Below, one piece after another: positions 51,446 through 62,290 of a stretch of DNA of 64,000 bases. A model generated the notes under the pieces. It worked only from the letters and a program-made list of their open reading frames with translations. It did not search any database and had not been told where the DNA came from. How positions within the stretch are numbered: the stretch's first letter is position 1; each line of letters begins with the position of its first letter. The position numbers were made by a program, and so were the translations under genes. This stretch comes from a virus (Duplodnaviria > Caudoviricetes), in IMG/VR virus record IMGVR_UViG_3300034375_009028. One strand, 5' to 3'.

Positions 51446-54400
51446 TCAACCACCCAGTTTTTCCATGAGTGCCTCGACTTGCTTGGTCAACAAATCTATT
51501 TTAGCATTTTGTTCTTCAATTGTCTTCTGTTGCTCTTTAAATGCTTCAATAAAAACACCAGCGAAATTACCATATGCAACAGATTTAATTTCATCACCTT
51601 GCCCATTTACTAACTCAGGGAATACTTTTTCAACTTCCTGTGCAATCACACCAATTTGGTGTGGATTATCTTCTAAATCATTTCTATCATATTCAACACC
51701 TCTTAAAGATAAAACTTTATCAAGAGCATTGTCAATTTGTTTTACATTATCCTTAAGTCTAGCGTCAGAGTTTGCAGTAACACTACCACCAACATTTAAG
51801 TTACCAGTTGATGGATTAATTGTATAATTTACATTGGTAAAGTAAGACTCCGCTGTTCCTGGTGCTGCATTATTACTATTAACAAAGGTAGGATAAAAAG
51901 TTGCATTTGTTGTAGTTAGTTGGGTTAATAGTGCATCTGAAGTCTGTGAATTAGATGGAGTAAATGTATTTACAGATACTGCAGTAACTCTTCCCTTTGT
52001 ATCAACAGTAATTGTTGGAATTTCCGTTGCAGAACCATAATTACCAGCGGCTAATCCTGCAAAAGTGGGAAGACTCACTGCCAAATTAACATCGGCAGTT
52101 CCATCAAAAGATACTGGACTTGCTGTAGATACGTCACCACTAACACTGAAGTTCCTAGCAGTTTGTAATTTTGTTGCACTATCAGCATTTCCAGTAATTG
52201 GCGCTGATATATTTGTTGCTGTTATATTATCAGCGTAGATATGATTCCATCTTATTGTATTTGTTCCCAAGTCAAACGTAGAATCTGCAGATGGTCTAAC
52301 TCCAGATTCATTGATCCTCATAATTGAAGTGAGTTGTCCTGCGGTAACTGCAGAAGCACCAGTTTTTAGATAAAAGTCCAAATAAACTGGATTAGACAAA
52401 TCATCAGTATTACAAACTATTCTTGCAGAGTTTCCAGTCTGACCAGTATTAGTAGGATCTTCAGCTAAACCATCTTTATGATTAAAGGTGATGTTTGCAT
52501 TACCATATCCATCATTAATTGTAAGGGCAACTCCACGATTATTTCTTCCAGCAACTAAATCACCATAACATATTAAGTCATCTCCACTGGGATTCCATCT
52601 GAGACCAGTATCTACTTTTATATCTTGATAATTTCCACCACCACCATCCGTAAAACAAAGATATCTTTCTGTTGTTCCAGTGCTTTCCGTGGTTACCTTT
52701 ACTTTATCTGCCTGAGCAACAGTAGCAGTACCAAAATTAACACCAACAGCTGTTACTCCAGTAATTCTTCCCTTTGCATCAACAGAAAAAGTAGGAATTT
52801 GTGTTGAAGATCCATAACTAGCAGAAGTAACTCCAGTATTTGTTAAACTTCCATTCAATACAACAGGACCAGTACCATCAAAAGATACTGTTGGAGATGT
52901 TAAATCATTACCAAGACTAAAGTTCTGAGCATTAGTTAATGCATCAGCAAAAGCAACTGTAGCAGCAGAGAAATTAATATCTAACTCTTGAGCACTTGTA
53001 ATTCTTCCTTTAGCATCTACGGAAATTTGAGCAACTTTTGATGTTGTTCCATAAGTTGCAGATGTAACACCAGTAGTAACTAAATTACCCTGCAATACAA
53101 CAGGACCAGTACCATCAAAAGATACTGTTGGAGATGTTAAATCATTACCAAGACTAAAGTTCCTAGCAGTTTCTAATGCTGTTGCTGTATCAGCATTTCC
53201 AGTAATTTGTCCACTAAATGTAGTTGCATATACAGTTGCCCACTTAGCACTAGAAGTTCCAAGATCTAAAGCATTATTACTTAGCGGTCTAAAAGCATCA
53301 TTATTAGAATCTAATCTGACTCCTTGAGTGTATGCTACTGCATCATTAGCATTAGCACCTTGTCCAGCTACTTGAATGTCAACTAAACCACTACTTCCAT
53401 CAGAGGTTAAAGTAATTTTTGCCGCACCATCATTGGCAAGAACGTATTTATCTCCTCCCGAATTATAATAAGATCCAGATCTAAGTGTTAAATTTCCACC
53501 ACCATCATTCCAAGAAAGTCTTTTTTGTCCAACATTATCTAACAACAATGCTCCAGATATACCATTTAACCAGATAGCAGCTTCATCCTTTTGTCTGGCA
53601 TCTGTATTGCTAAGTATTAAAGTATCTTTAGATGGATTATATGTAATCCCACTATCAGTATATAAAGCCTCATAAACGGCAGGACTAGCTGCATTATTAC
53701 CATCAACAAAAGTTATATTAAAACTAGCATCTGTTGCAATAGATTGTGTTCTTATATTATCTGCATTATTAACAGTAGCAGTGCCAAAATCAATAAGAGT
53801 ATCAGTTACACCAGTTATTCTTCCTTTTGCATCAACATCAAATACGGGAACTTGTGTGGAAGATCCATAAGTTGCAGATGTAACTCCACTAGTAACTAAA
53901 TTACCCTGCAACACAACATCACCAGTTCCATTAAAGGATACTACAGGAGAAGTTAAATCATTACCAAGACTAAAACTTCTAGATGTTGTTAATGCATCAG
54001 CAAAAGCAACTTGTGCTTGAGTTACATCAAGAAGAGTTTCAGTTACTCCAGTAATTCTTCCCTTTGCATCAACATCAAACACAGGGATTTGTGTTGATGA
54101 TCCATAGGTATCAGATGTAACTCCAGTATTGACAAGATTTCCATTCAAAACAACATCATCAGTACCATTAAATGATACTATAGGAGAAGTTAAATCATTA
54201 GCAAGACTAAAGTTTCTCGATGTTGTTAAAGAATCTGCTTTTGCAACTTGAGATTCTGCAAAGTTTACTAAAGTATTTGTTACACTAAGAATTCTTCCTT
54301 TTGCATCGACATCAAATACTGGTATTTCAGTTTGTGATCCATAGGTAGCAGACGTAACACCAGTGTTATCTAAAGTTGCAACTAACTGTACATTATCAGT

Positions 54401-57400
54401 TCCGTCAAAAGATACTGATGGAGCATCAACATCACCAATAATACTGAAGTTTCTAGCAACACTCAAAGAATTTGCAGTTGCTACACTTGCGGTTCCAAAA
54501 TCAATTGCAACATTTATTGCACTAGTAATTCTTCCCTTTGCATCAACAGAAAATTGTGGTATTGCAGTAGATGTACCATATGTATCAGATGTAACGCCAG
54601 TAGTAACTAAATTACCATTCAAAACAACATCATCAGTACCATTAAATGATACTATAGGAGAAGTTAAATCATTAGCAAGACTAAAGTTTCTTGATGTTGT
54701 TAATGAATCTGCTCTTGCAACTTGAGATTCTCCAAAATTAATATTAGTGTTAACTACATTTGTTATTCTACCTTTTGCATCGACATCGAATACAGGAACA
54801 ATAGTAGCAGAACCATAACTAGCAGAAGTAACTCCACTATTAACAAGATTAGCATTTAATATAACATTATCAGTTCCATCAAAAGATACTGTTGGAGATG
54901 TTAAATCATTAGCAAGACTAAAATCTCTTGCATTCTTTAATGAATCTGCAGTTGCAACATTTGCTTCACTAAAATCAATAGCAACGTCTACTGCACTAGT
55001 AATTCTTCCCTTTGCATCAACAGAAAAGGTAGGAATTTGTGTTGAATTTCCATAACTACCTGATGTAACTCCAGTATTAACCAGATTAGCATTTAATATT
55101 ACATCATCAGTACCATTAAATCCAACTGCTGGAGAAGTAAGATCATTAGCAAGACTAAAGTTTCTTGATGTTGTTAAAGAATCTGCTCTGGATACTTCTG
55201 TAGTGGATACATTTGTTATTCTACCTTTTGCATCAACAGTAATTATTGGTATAGATATTGGATTACCATAAATTGCAGATGTAACCCCAGTATTAACTAG
55301 ATTAGCATTTAATATGACATTAGCAGTTCCATCAAAAGATACTACTGGGGATGTTAGATCATTAGCAAGACTAAACTCTCTTGCAGTCTCTAATTTAGTT
55401 GCAGAATCAGCATTTCCAACGAGATCACCATCTAAAGTTTCTGCCCAAACAGTATTCCATTTAAGCGCCGAAGTTCCTAAAGTATAAGTTCCAGGAATGG
55501 ATGGTGTTACAGTACCAGCAATAGTTACTATTGAAGAGGAATCAATTACTGTTGTTCCAATTCCAACCTTACCATCAGTTCTATTAACTATTAAATATGG
55601 ATCATTACTTAAATCAGAATCACCATCAATTGCCCACCAATCAGCAAAATTGACAAGTCCTGCCCACATAGATCCAGAACTGTTTTTATATTCAATTGCC
55701 GATACACCAGTATTTTTTCTTTCTAAGACTAATGGAATACTGTCTGGAGATATAATATTTACTTCTCCCGTAGATGGATTAAATGTTATACCACCATCAG
55801 ATGCTCCATCTGCAGTATATAAATTTTCATACTGAGCTGGACTATTATCACTATCAACAAATGTAATATAATGTGTGGCATTATCAGATCTTCTTTGCGT
55901 TCTTATTTGATTTGCAGTTCCTGCTGCAAGTTGATCCTGATCCGTCCAGTTTGTGCCAGTTATTGTCGATAATAAAACTTGCCCATTACCACCAGAATCA
56001 AAAGTAGAATCAATAAAAGCACCACGAATAGATATGTCACCTTCAAAAGTAGCATTACCAGTTACTCTTGATGTTCCACCAACAAAAAATCTATCAGTAG
56101 GATCTATACTATTAATTCCAACATTACCATCTCCACGTAAAGTTAATACTCTACTTGCCTGATTTGTAGTTCCATTATGAACATCAAATCCCATATAATT
56201 ACCACCTGGAGCGGAATCATTATATGTTCTAATATAAAAAGGTCTTGATGTCGTATCCTGTCTATCAAATCTTATTGAACCTTCATCCTGGAAGGTTGTC
56301 ATAATATCGAATCTTGGTTCTCCAGATACATGTAATTTTGCTGCAGGTTCTGACTTACCTATACCAAAATTTCCAGTGCTAGGTTGATATGCCAGAAAAG
56401 CATTAGTATATAACTGCTCAAAATCTGGTGTATCATTATTAGAATCTAAAAAGCTAGGATAAAAATAAGCAGCATTTGATGTAGATTGACTTAATACCCT
56501 ATTTGCCTGTGCTACGGTTGCGTTTGCAAAATCAATACCAACATTTACTGCTGTAGTAATTCTTCCCTTTGCATCAACAGTAATTTGTGGTACATTGGTA
56601 GAAGAACCATAAGTATTTGGAGTAACTCCAGTATTATTTAAAGTAAGTGCTAATCCAACATTAGCAGTACCATCAAATAATACTGAAGAAGCAACAGCAT
56701 CACCACTAATGCTAAATTCTCTTGCAGTTTCTAATTGAGTTGCAGTATTTGAATTTCCAGTAAAAGAAATTCCATAAACAGTTGCCCACTGAGATCCAGT
56801 TGCTCCAATATCTCTAGATGCATCACCAGTAGGAATTAAATTTGTATCAATTTTTGACAGTATATTTACGGTATCATTTATATCATCACCAATAAGTACA
56901 TTTCCTCTAAAAGTTGTTACACCAGTGATTATTGTATTTGGTAAAAATATTGTTTGTGATCCTGGGTTATAGTATAGGTTATTATTAGTATAATATGATT
57001 CATATGGATTTAGTGCAGTAGTAGGATTATTACTATCAACAAAAGTCAAAAACCTATTAACGTTAGTAATATCTGTTACTGTTTTTAGTGTATCAGCTTT
57101 TAAAGATACTCCATCAATAGTATTTGCATAGACTACATCCCACTTTAAAAGAGCATTACCAAGATCAAATTGACCTGGAGATTTGGGAATTATATCACTA
57201 TTAATTTTGGAATTAAACTCTACTATTTTATTATTATCTGTACCAAAACCAACATCCCCATAAAATGTCGCATTTGTTGCATGGATTGTATTCCACCTAA
57301 TACTATCCTTTCCCAGATCGTAATTATTATCAAGAGATGGTACTAATGCACCTTGAATACTAGTAATTCCAGATAAAGTGACAATACCATTAATATCTAA

Positions 57401-58417
57401 GGTGTTTGTATCTACATCAGTAAATAAAGCATTAACACCATAAACATTATTCCAAGTATTAATATTAGAACCCAAATCATATGTGGATGCTACTGAAGGT
57501 ATAAAATTACTTTGTATATTAGACTGAAATTCTACATTATTATTAAATGTTGCAATACCAGATACAAAAATATTCCCTTCTAATAAAGCGTCTCCTCTAA
57601 GATCAAAGGTTTGTCTTGGAGTTGAAGTACCCACACCAACCCTTTCAGTCAGTGGATTATAGTAAAAAGTCTCTGCACTAACTACAGTTCCTGTTGCGCT
57701 CTTATACTGAACACCATAAACTGGGCCCACACTAAAGAAGCTTAGTTCATCATTGGGTAACCACTCAACCCCACCAAAAGTATTAGAAACTAGAACACTT
57801 GGTTCGGCAGTTCCATTATTATTATAATAATCATATATTGTTCCAGTCAATCTCATATCCCCATTAATATGGAGAGTTCTTTCTGGTTGTGTTGTTGCTA
57901 TTCCAACTCTTGCATCATCAAGTGCTGTTATAATAGTTCCACCAGCACCTACTTTTAATTCTGCTTCTATAGTTAAAAGGGGATCTAATGGATCAAACGT
58001 GAATCCAGAAGAAGTTGCAAAATCACCATTATTTTTAAATAGAACTTCAGTATCATTACCTGGGGGAGATACTGTAATTGTAGATATATTACTAAAATTC
58101 TCTGCTGTTGCTACAATAGAATTTCCTTTAAAGTTTAATCTAGTAATACTATTACCAGTACCTACAATAAAATTTTCATCAAATATACTCAAACCAATTG
58201 AGTTAAATCCGATGGGAGGAACCTGCCAATATCTATCATAGGTATCCCCATCATCAAAAGTAACCAATTGATAATAATTTGGTTTTAATGGCAAAGTTTT
58301 TTCTGTAGGAAACCCAAGATTTGGTTCCGCTTCTTCGATTCTTAATTGTCTATATCTACCAGTACTAAGACCAGAGAATCTGGCAATTCTTTGTCTTCCA
58401 GATATATGCTTTGCCAT
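51446..58417 (-). CDS. Giant repeat-containing tail fibre with C-terminal S74 chaperone
   Basis: 2323 aa, G/T/S/N/V-rich; 11 copies of a VD(A/T)KGR(I/V) repeat; SDARLKDNV...GVIAQEVE...KEQQ at the C-terminus. Confidence 0.85.
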   Translation of the reverse strand: MAKHISGRQRIARFSGLSTGRYRQLRIEEAEPNLGFPTEKTLPLKPNYYQLVTFDDGDTYDRYWQVPPIGFNSIGLSIFDENFIVGTGNSITRLNFKGNSIVATAENFSNISTITVSPPGNDTEVLFKNNGDFATSSGFTFDPLDPLLTIEAELKVGAGGTIITALDDARVGIATTQPERTLHINGDMRLTGTIYDYYNNNGTAEPSVLVSNTFGGVEWLPNDELSFFSVGPVYGVQYKSATGTVVSAETFYYNPLTERVGVGTSTPRQTFDLRGDALLEGNIFVSGIATFNNNVEFQSNIQSNFIPSVASTYDLGSNINTWNNVYGVNALFTDVDTNTLDINGIVTLSGITSIQGALVPSLDNNYDLGKDSIRWNTIHATNATFYGDVGFGTDNNKIVEFNSKINSDIIPKSPGQFDLGNALLKWDVVYANTIDGVSLKADTLKTVTDITNVNRFLTFVDSNNPTTALNPYESYYTNNNLYYNPGSQTIFLPNTIITGVTTFRGNVLIGDDINDTVNILSKIDTNLIPTGDASRDIGATGSQWATVYGISFTGNSNTATQLETAREFSISGDAVASSVLFDGTANVGLALTLNNTGVTPNTYGSSTNVPQITVDAKGRITTAVNVGIDFANATVAQANRVLSQSTSNAAYFYPSFLDSNNDTPDFEQLYTNAFLAYQPSTGNFGIGKSEPAAKLHVSGEPRFDIMTTFQDEGSIRFDRQDTTSRPFYIRTYNDSAPGGNYMGFDVHNGTTNQASRVLTLRGDGNVGINSIDPTDRFFVGGTSRVTGNATFEGDISIRGAFIDSTFDSGGNGQVLLSTITGTNWTDQDQLAAGTANQIRTQRRSDNATHYITFVDSDNSPAQYENLYTADGASDGGITFNPSTGEVNIISPDSIPLVLERKNTGVSAIEYKNSSGSMWAGLVNFADWWAIDGDSDLSNDPYLIVNRTDGKVGIGTTVIDSSSIVTIAGTVTPSIPGTYTLGTSALKWNTVWAETLDGDLVGNADSATKLETAREFSLANDLTSPVVSFDGTANVILNANLVNTGVTSAIYGNPISIPIITVDAKGRITNVSTTEVSRADSLTTSRNFSLANDLTSPAVGFNGTDDVILNANLVNTGVTSGSYGNSTQIPTFSVDAKGRITSAVDVAIDFSEANVATADSLKNARDFSLANDLTSPTVSFDGTDNVILNANLVNSGVTSASYGSATIVPVFDVDAKGRITNVVNTNINFGESQVARADSLTTSRNFSLANDLTSPIVSFNGTDDVVLNGNLVTTGVTSDTYGTSTAIPQFSVDAKGRITSAINVAIDFGTASVATANSLSVARNFSIIGDVDAPSVSFDGTDNVQLVATLDNTGVTSATYGSQTEIPVFDVDAKGRILSVTNTLVNFAESQVAKADSLTTSRNFSLANDLTSPIVSFNGTDDVVLNGNLVNTGVTSDTYGSSTQIPVFDVDAKGRITGVTETLLDVTQAQVAFADALTTSRSFSLGNDLTSPVVSFNGTGDVVLQGNLVTSGVTSATYGSSTQVPVFDVDAKGRITGVTDTLIDFGTATVNNADNIRTQSIATDASFNITFVDGNNAASPAVYEALYTDSGITYNPSKDTLILSNTDARQKDEAAIWLNGISGALLLDNVGQKRLSWNDGGGNLTLRSGSYYNSGGDKYVLANDGAAKITLTSDGSSGLVDIQVAGQGANANDAVAYTQGVRLDSNNDAFRPLSNNALDLGTSSAKWATVYATTFSGQITGNADTATALETARNFSLGNDLTSPTVSFDGTGPVVLQGNLVTTGVTSATYGTTSKVAQISVDAKGRITSAQELDINFSAATVAFADALTNAQNFSLGNDLTSPTVSFDGTGPVVLNGSLTNTGVTSASYGSSTQIPTFSVDAKGRITGVTAVGVNFGTATVAQADKVKVTTESTGTTERYLCFTDGGGGNYQDIKVDTGLRWNPSGDDLICYGDLVAGRNNRGVALTINDGYGNANITFNHKDGLAEDPTNTGQTGNSARIVCNTDDLSNPVYLDFYLKTGASAVTAGQLTSIMRINESGVRPSADSTFDLGTNTIRWNHIYADNITATNISAPITGNADSATKLQTARNFSVSGDVSTASPVSFDGTADVNLAVSLPTFAGLAAGNYGSATEIPTITVDTKGRVTAVSVNTFTPSNSQTSDALLTQLTTTNATFYPTFVNSNNAAPGTAESYFTNVNYTINPSTGNLNVGGSVTANSDARLKDNVKQIDNALDKVLSLRGVEYDRNDLEDNPHQIGVIAQEVEKVFPELVNGQGDEIKSVAYGNFAGVFIEAFKEQQKTIEEQNAKIDLLTKQVEALMEKLGG
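53770..55420 (-). repeat. Seven tandem ~237-bp (79-aa) coding repeats
   Basis: Unit ADSLTTSRNFSLANDLTSP.VSF.GT..V.L...LV.TGVTS..YG....IP.F.VDAKGRIT; boundaries approximate. Confidence 0.85.
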
Positions 58418-58419
58418 AA

Positions 58420-59073
58420 TTATACAATACTATTTTCTAGGATGCTACAAATAAATTCTAATTCTATAGGAGAAACTTTTCCTCCCTGAACATATGTATG
58501 GGTAATGCCTGCGCCAACACCAGTATTAGTTATAAACACATTTGCTGCATCTATTTGCTCAACAGTAAAAGTACTTTGTGGTGCTGGGAATATAGTTGTA
58601 GTTATTCCAGAGGAGTATCCAGCACAAGTAAATTCTAATCCACTCATCGTAATTTCATCACCAGCAACAAAATTATGATTTTGCAAAGTCGTAACGGTTG
58701 CAATTCCACTAATATGATCATAAACACAATTTGTTATGGTGACTACTCCAGGATTAGAATCACTCTTAACAACAAGAGAATCGGAATATAATGCTGTTCT
58801 TTCCAGAATCAATCTACCATCAAGAACAACTAAAGAATCATTGGGAAATACTTCTGCTTCTTTAATAATTCTAACATCCCTAACATTACCAAATCTAGAT
58901 TTTCTCCTTTGTACCACAGTAACTTTTGGGTATGCAACTTCTTTTGCAACGTTTGAGACCTGAGCATACAAAACAATAGAAGCTACTCCAGTTGGTGTAG
59001 TATAAACTACTTGTTCTCCAGGAGCAACTGGAACAGATATATTAAGAAACTTATTAAGTGGTGCTACTGCCAT
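58420..59073 (-). CDS. Tail/baseplate-associated structural protein
   Basis: MAVAPLNKF..VYT.PTGV.SIVLYAQV.N; internal YD..SGIATVTT..HNF..GD.I.MSGL beta-domain. Confidence 0.6.
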   Translation of the reverse strand: MAVAPLNKFLNISVPVAPGEQVVYTTPTGVASIVLYAQVSNVAKEVAYPKVTVVQRRKSRFGNVRDVRIIKEAEVFPNDSLVVLDGRLILERTALYSDSLVVKSDSNPGVVTITNCVYDHISGIATVTTLQNHNFVAGDEITMSGLEFTCAGYSSGITTTIFPAPQSTFTVEQIDAANVFITNTGVGAGITHTYVQGGKVSPIELEFICSILENSIV

Positions 59074-59077
59074 ATTA

Positions 59078-61591
59078 TTATCTTGCGGAACTGCTTAATG
59101 CTAGGATTAGTGGTGTTAATTCTGCCTGAATTGCTTTACTGAATGACCTTCCACGAATAGTAGATGTTGGTTGATTAATTTGGAATCCTTCACCAATATC
59201 AAAATTACCTTTTTGGTCCGTACTCGTAAAAGGAATTTGTGCTCCAGCAAGAGCAACTATTTCATTCTCCTTGATAGGAACAGCTCCTTGAAGGGGAGTC
59301 ACTGTATTTATACTAGTACCAGCACCAACATATTCAAATGAATGAGAACTGGTCAAAATCCTAGAAATTCTTTTTATGTCAACATCAACTCCAGCATCAA
59401 TCAAATATGGAACAAATTCGTTAAAAGTTACAGTAGTAGTTCCAGATCCATCTGGTTCTGTTGCTTCAGACACTGTATAATATATTGGTTCCATATTAAC
59501 TTTTATAAGAGAAGGATCAATAATGGTTCCGTTTATCTGAACTCTCATATTTTCAACTTGAGTTGGAAGATAATTTCTACCACTATTAATAATATCAATA
59601 GCAACTAGTCTTCCACTGATTGGATCTATAGTGGGACTAACTTCTGCAGTAATACCTTCTGGACCTAAAGGAGTTGTACTTCCATTAGTTGCATCTACAA
59701 GAAGTACACTTGGTGGAGCAGTAGCACTAAACTGATTTATACTCCCAAATGCACCAGAAGGAATAGTCACACTACTAACAAGTTGTAATGGTGCTGTCAA
59801 TATACCAGCAACTGTATTAATTTTAAAGAATAATGCTTGACCATCATAAGGTCTTTTATATTGACCAAAAGTATCTATGGTATTTGTAAGAATAACAGTA
59901 TCAGTTTGATCCGTAGTTGCTTGACTTACAGTTGCAGTAAATTCTGTTCTTCCAAGTCCAACAGCATATAAACCAAAATTACCAAAAGACGTGTTTGAGT
60001 TTGTTAAATCACAAGAACCTCCAGTATCACAATATATTCCAATATTAGAATTAATTGTAAAAATTGAAACTAATTGTGCGTATCCACTATTGGTAATAGA
60101 AACTCCAATTCCAGCTTCGTTATATTGTGTGAACGAATCACAGACCATGGATTTTAAGTCTGCTCCCGAACCTGGAATAGATGCGCTTGCATGATCACCA
60201 TTTATTTTCATACCAATACTTTTTGGCATAAAATTAGTACAATTTCTTACGTATGGACTTCTCCATCTACCAGTTTCACCCTCAAATGTGGGTCCAAGAC
60301 CAATAAATCCACTATTTGCTTGCTCAGTAACTGAAGTTGGAGGAAAAGCTACAGCAGCTCCTCCTGGATTATCGACAAATCCACCAAAACCGTCTGATTC
60401 ACAAGTAAAAGACAAATTCTCAACTAGACATCCTCTTCTTACATGGAAAAAATCTAGTCCTTTATTATCTGGAATTAAATTCACCAATCTAAGATCTTGT
60501 CCAGTAACTGACACATCACTACGGAGACCAATTGGATTGTTTTCAGTGTAAGTTCCAGACCTTATGAATATAGTATCTCCAGGTTGTGCTATTTCTGCTG
60601 CTGCACCTATAGTTCTTTTAGCATCACCTTCCAATAATCCAGTATTGGCATCATCACCATCCATAGTGACCCAGATAGTGTTTTCTGTCTCTACACCTGC
60701 AGGTCTCCATGATACGCCAGTTCCTACAGAAGACAATCTATAATCTTTATTAGTTGGTCCAACACTATCATTTATATCTTGTAGTGTTGACCTAACTTCA
60801 ATTCTTTGATTAAAAGTAGATATTCCACCAACACTTAATCCACTATTAATCCCAACTTCATTATCAAAATCGGCTCTACCAATAACTCTAAGTGGTCCTA
60901 TAGTGGATATTCCACTCACTGTAAAGTTACTGCCTATACCAACTTCGGCATAAAAAGTCGATATACCAGAAACAGTAAAATTACTAGCAAGTGTAGCGAT
61001 ACCAAGAACTTCAAGATCCTTTTCTATTATCAGATCATCCTTAAATGTTGATAATCCAATAACCTCTGCACCTTCAGTAATACGAACATTGCCAATAACA
61101 TCTAATGATGTTTGGGGAAATTGGGTATTAATTCCAACATTACTATCTCTATAGATATTATTTCCACTTAATGCCCATCTATCAGATATTGTAATAGTAG
61201 CAACTCTACTTGTTTCAGATACTGCTGCAGATACTAAGTTATTTTGATCATTGCCATCATAAAAATCAAGTCTATTTGCCAGTCCTTGCTCTACTCCCTC
61301 ATCATAAATATCGATTGCAAGAATAGGAGTAGATGCAGATCCAACATTTCCCCAATATACACCGTTGACATCAGCAATGAGTACGTCACCAGGATTACCA
61401 GTATTACCAAACTGGTCAGTCAAATATGCATCAACAAAGAGATTATCTATTGCCTTCAAATTATCTGCCTGAAGATCTATCAAAACTTCTGGTACAGAAT
61501 AGGCAACATCAAAATTTGTATCCGCTACTGATACAAACTCTATTTCATTAGATACAGAATATTTTTTAGTATACTGGAAAGTATGTGGCAT
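59078..61591 (-). CDS. Beta-helix-containing tail structural protein
   Basis: IWVTMDGDDANTG...AKRTIGAA...QPGDTIFIRSGTY.E; RWRSPYVRNCTNF; SHSFEYVGAG. Confidence 0.65.
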   Translation of the reverse strand: MPHTFQYTKKYSVSNEIEFVSVADTNFDVAYSVPEVLIDLQADNLKAIDNLFVDAYLTDQFGNTGNPGDVLIADVNGVYWGNVGSASTPILAIDIYDEGVEQGLANRLDFYDGNDQNNLVSAAVSETSRVATITISDRWALSGNNIYRDSNVGINTQFPQTSLDVIGNVRITEGAEVIGLSTFKDDLIIEKDLEVLGIATLASNFTVSGISTFYAEVGIGSNFTVSGISTIGPLRVIGRADFDNEVGINSGLSVGGISTFNQRIEVRSTLQDINDSVGPTNKDYRLSSVGTGVSWRPAGVETENTIWVTMDGDDANTGLLEGDAKRTIGAAAEIAQPGDTIFIRSGTYTENNPIGLRSDVSVTGQDLRLVNLIPDNKGLDFFHVRRGCLVENLSFTCESDGFGGFVDNPGGAAVAFPPTSVTEQANSGFIGLGPTFEGETGRWRSPYVRNCTNFMPKSIGMKINGDHASASIPGSGADLKSMVCDSFTQYNEAGIGVSITNSGYAQLVSIFTINSNIGIYCDTGGSCDLTNSNTSFGNFGLYAVGLGRTEFTATVSQATTDQTDTVILTNTIDTFGQYKRPYDGQALFFKINTVAGILTAPLQLVSSVTIPSGAFGSINQFSATAPPSVLLVDATNGSTTPLGPEGITAEVSPTIDPISGRLVAIDIINSGRNYLPTQVENMRVQINGTIIDPSLIKVNMEPIYYTVSEATEPDGSGTTTVTFNEFVPYLIDAGVDVDIKRISRILTSSHSFEYVGAGTSINTVTPLQGAVPIKENEIVALAGAQIPFTSTDQKGNFDIGEGFQINQPTSTIRGRSFSKAIQAELTPLILALSSSAR

Positions 61592-61602
61592 TTAGATTCT
61601 CC

Positions 61603-62286
61603 TTAAGATCTTATATCATAATTCCAACCAACCACAGAATATTGACTATCATCTCCAGGGTAATCTGCAGGAGACTCACCTTCATATTCAACAATTAATT
61701 TTTCACCATCTTTTCTTTCACCTTGAACTAAGTAGCTACAATTAATAGTACTTCCAGCATTATTAGATACTTTAATCTTTGTTCCCCACTCTACAATTTC
61801 ATAAAAAAGTTCCTGATAATGACCTATGGATGTTAGTTGTACTGTTATTGATTCTGGATCAACCAACCCACTCCAGTATTCTGGAAGAGTTATGTATGAT
61901 TCTTCCTTTATTTTACCTCTAACATAAACACCATTTTCTGGACCCTCTAAGCAAGTATGTCTAAGTCTCCAACCTTTTTTAGTTGGGTGCGGGATATCAA
62001 AATTTTTCTTAGCGGATAACCTATGGGCTCCACCACCAGAATATACTTCAGAAGCCAAGACCCTACCTAAAGCAGTTACATTTTCCTGAACCTGAAGATC
62101 ACCAACTTTCATATAATAATACTTATACTGATCACACTTTACAAATGGGATATCTGCTGGAAGAGGATCAGAATCCTGATTTTCAAACTTAACTACCCAA
62201 TCATAAAAAGTATTATTTACACCAGATACTGGTTTTTCCGCACAATCAATTTTACCGCTGCTTTTAGGTTGTAATGAATATGCCAT
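61603..62286 (-). CDS. Tail-tip-associated protein (paralogue of 62291..63070)
   Basis: KNFDIPHPTKKGWRLRHTCLEGPE..RG..LPEYW.GLVD..SITV. Confidence 0.55.
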   Translation of the reverse strand: MAYSLQPKSSGKIDCAEKPVSGVNNTFYDWVVKFENQDSDPLPADIPFVKCDQYKYYYMKVGDLQVQENVTALGRVLASEVYSGGGAHRLSAKKNFDIPHPTKKGWRLRHTCLEGPENGVYVRGKIKEESYITLPEYWSGLVDPESITVQLTSIGHYQELFYEIVEWGTKIKVSNNAGSTINCSYLVQGERKDGEKLIVEYEGESPADYPGDDSQYSVVGWNYDIRS

Positions 62287-62290
62287 AATT

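Noticed and set aside
53770-55420. Tandem repeats as a CRISPR array or DGR template/variable repeats
   Set aside because: In-frame coding repeats; differences are not adenine-specific and no reverse transcriptase is present in the window.
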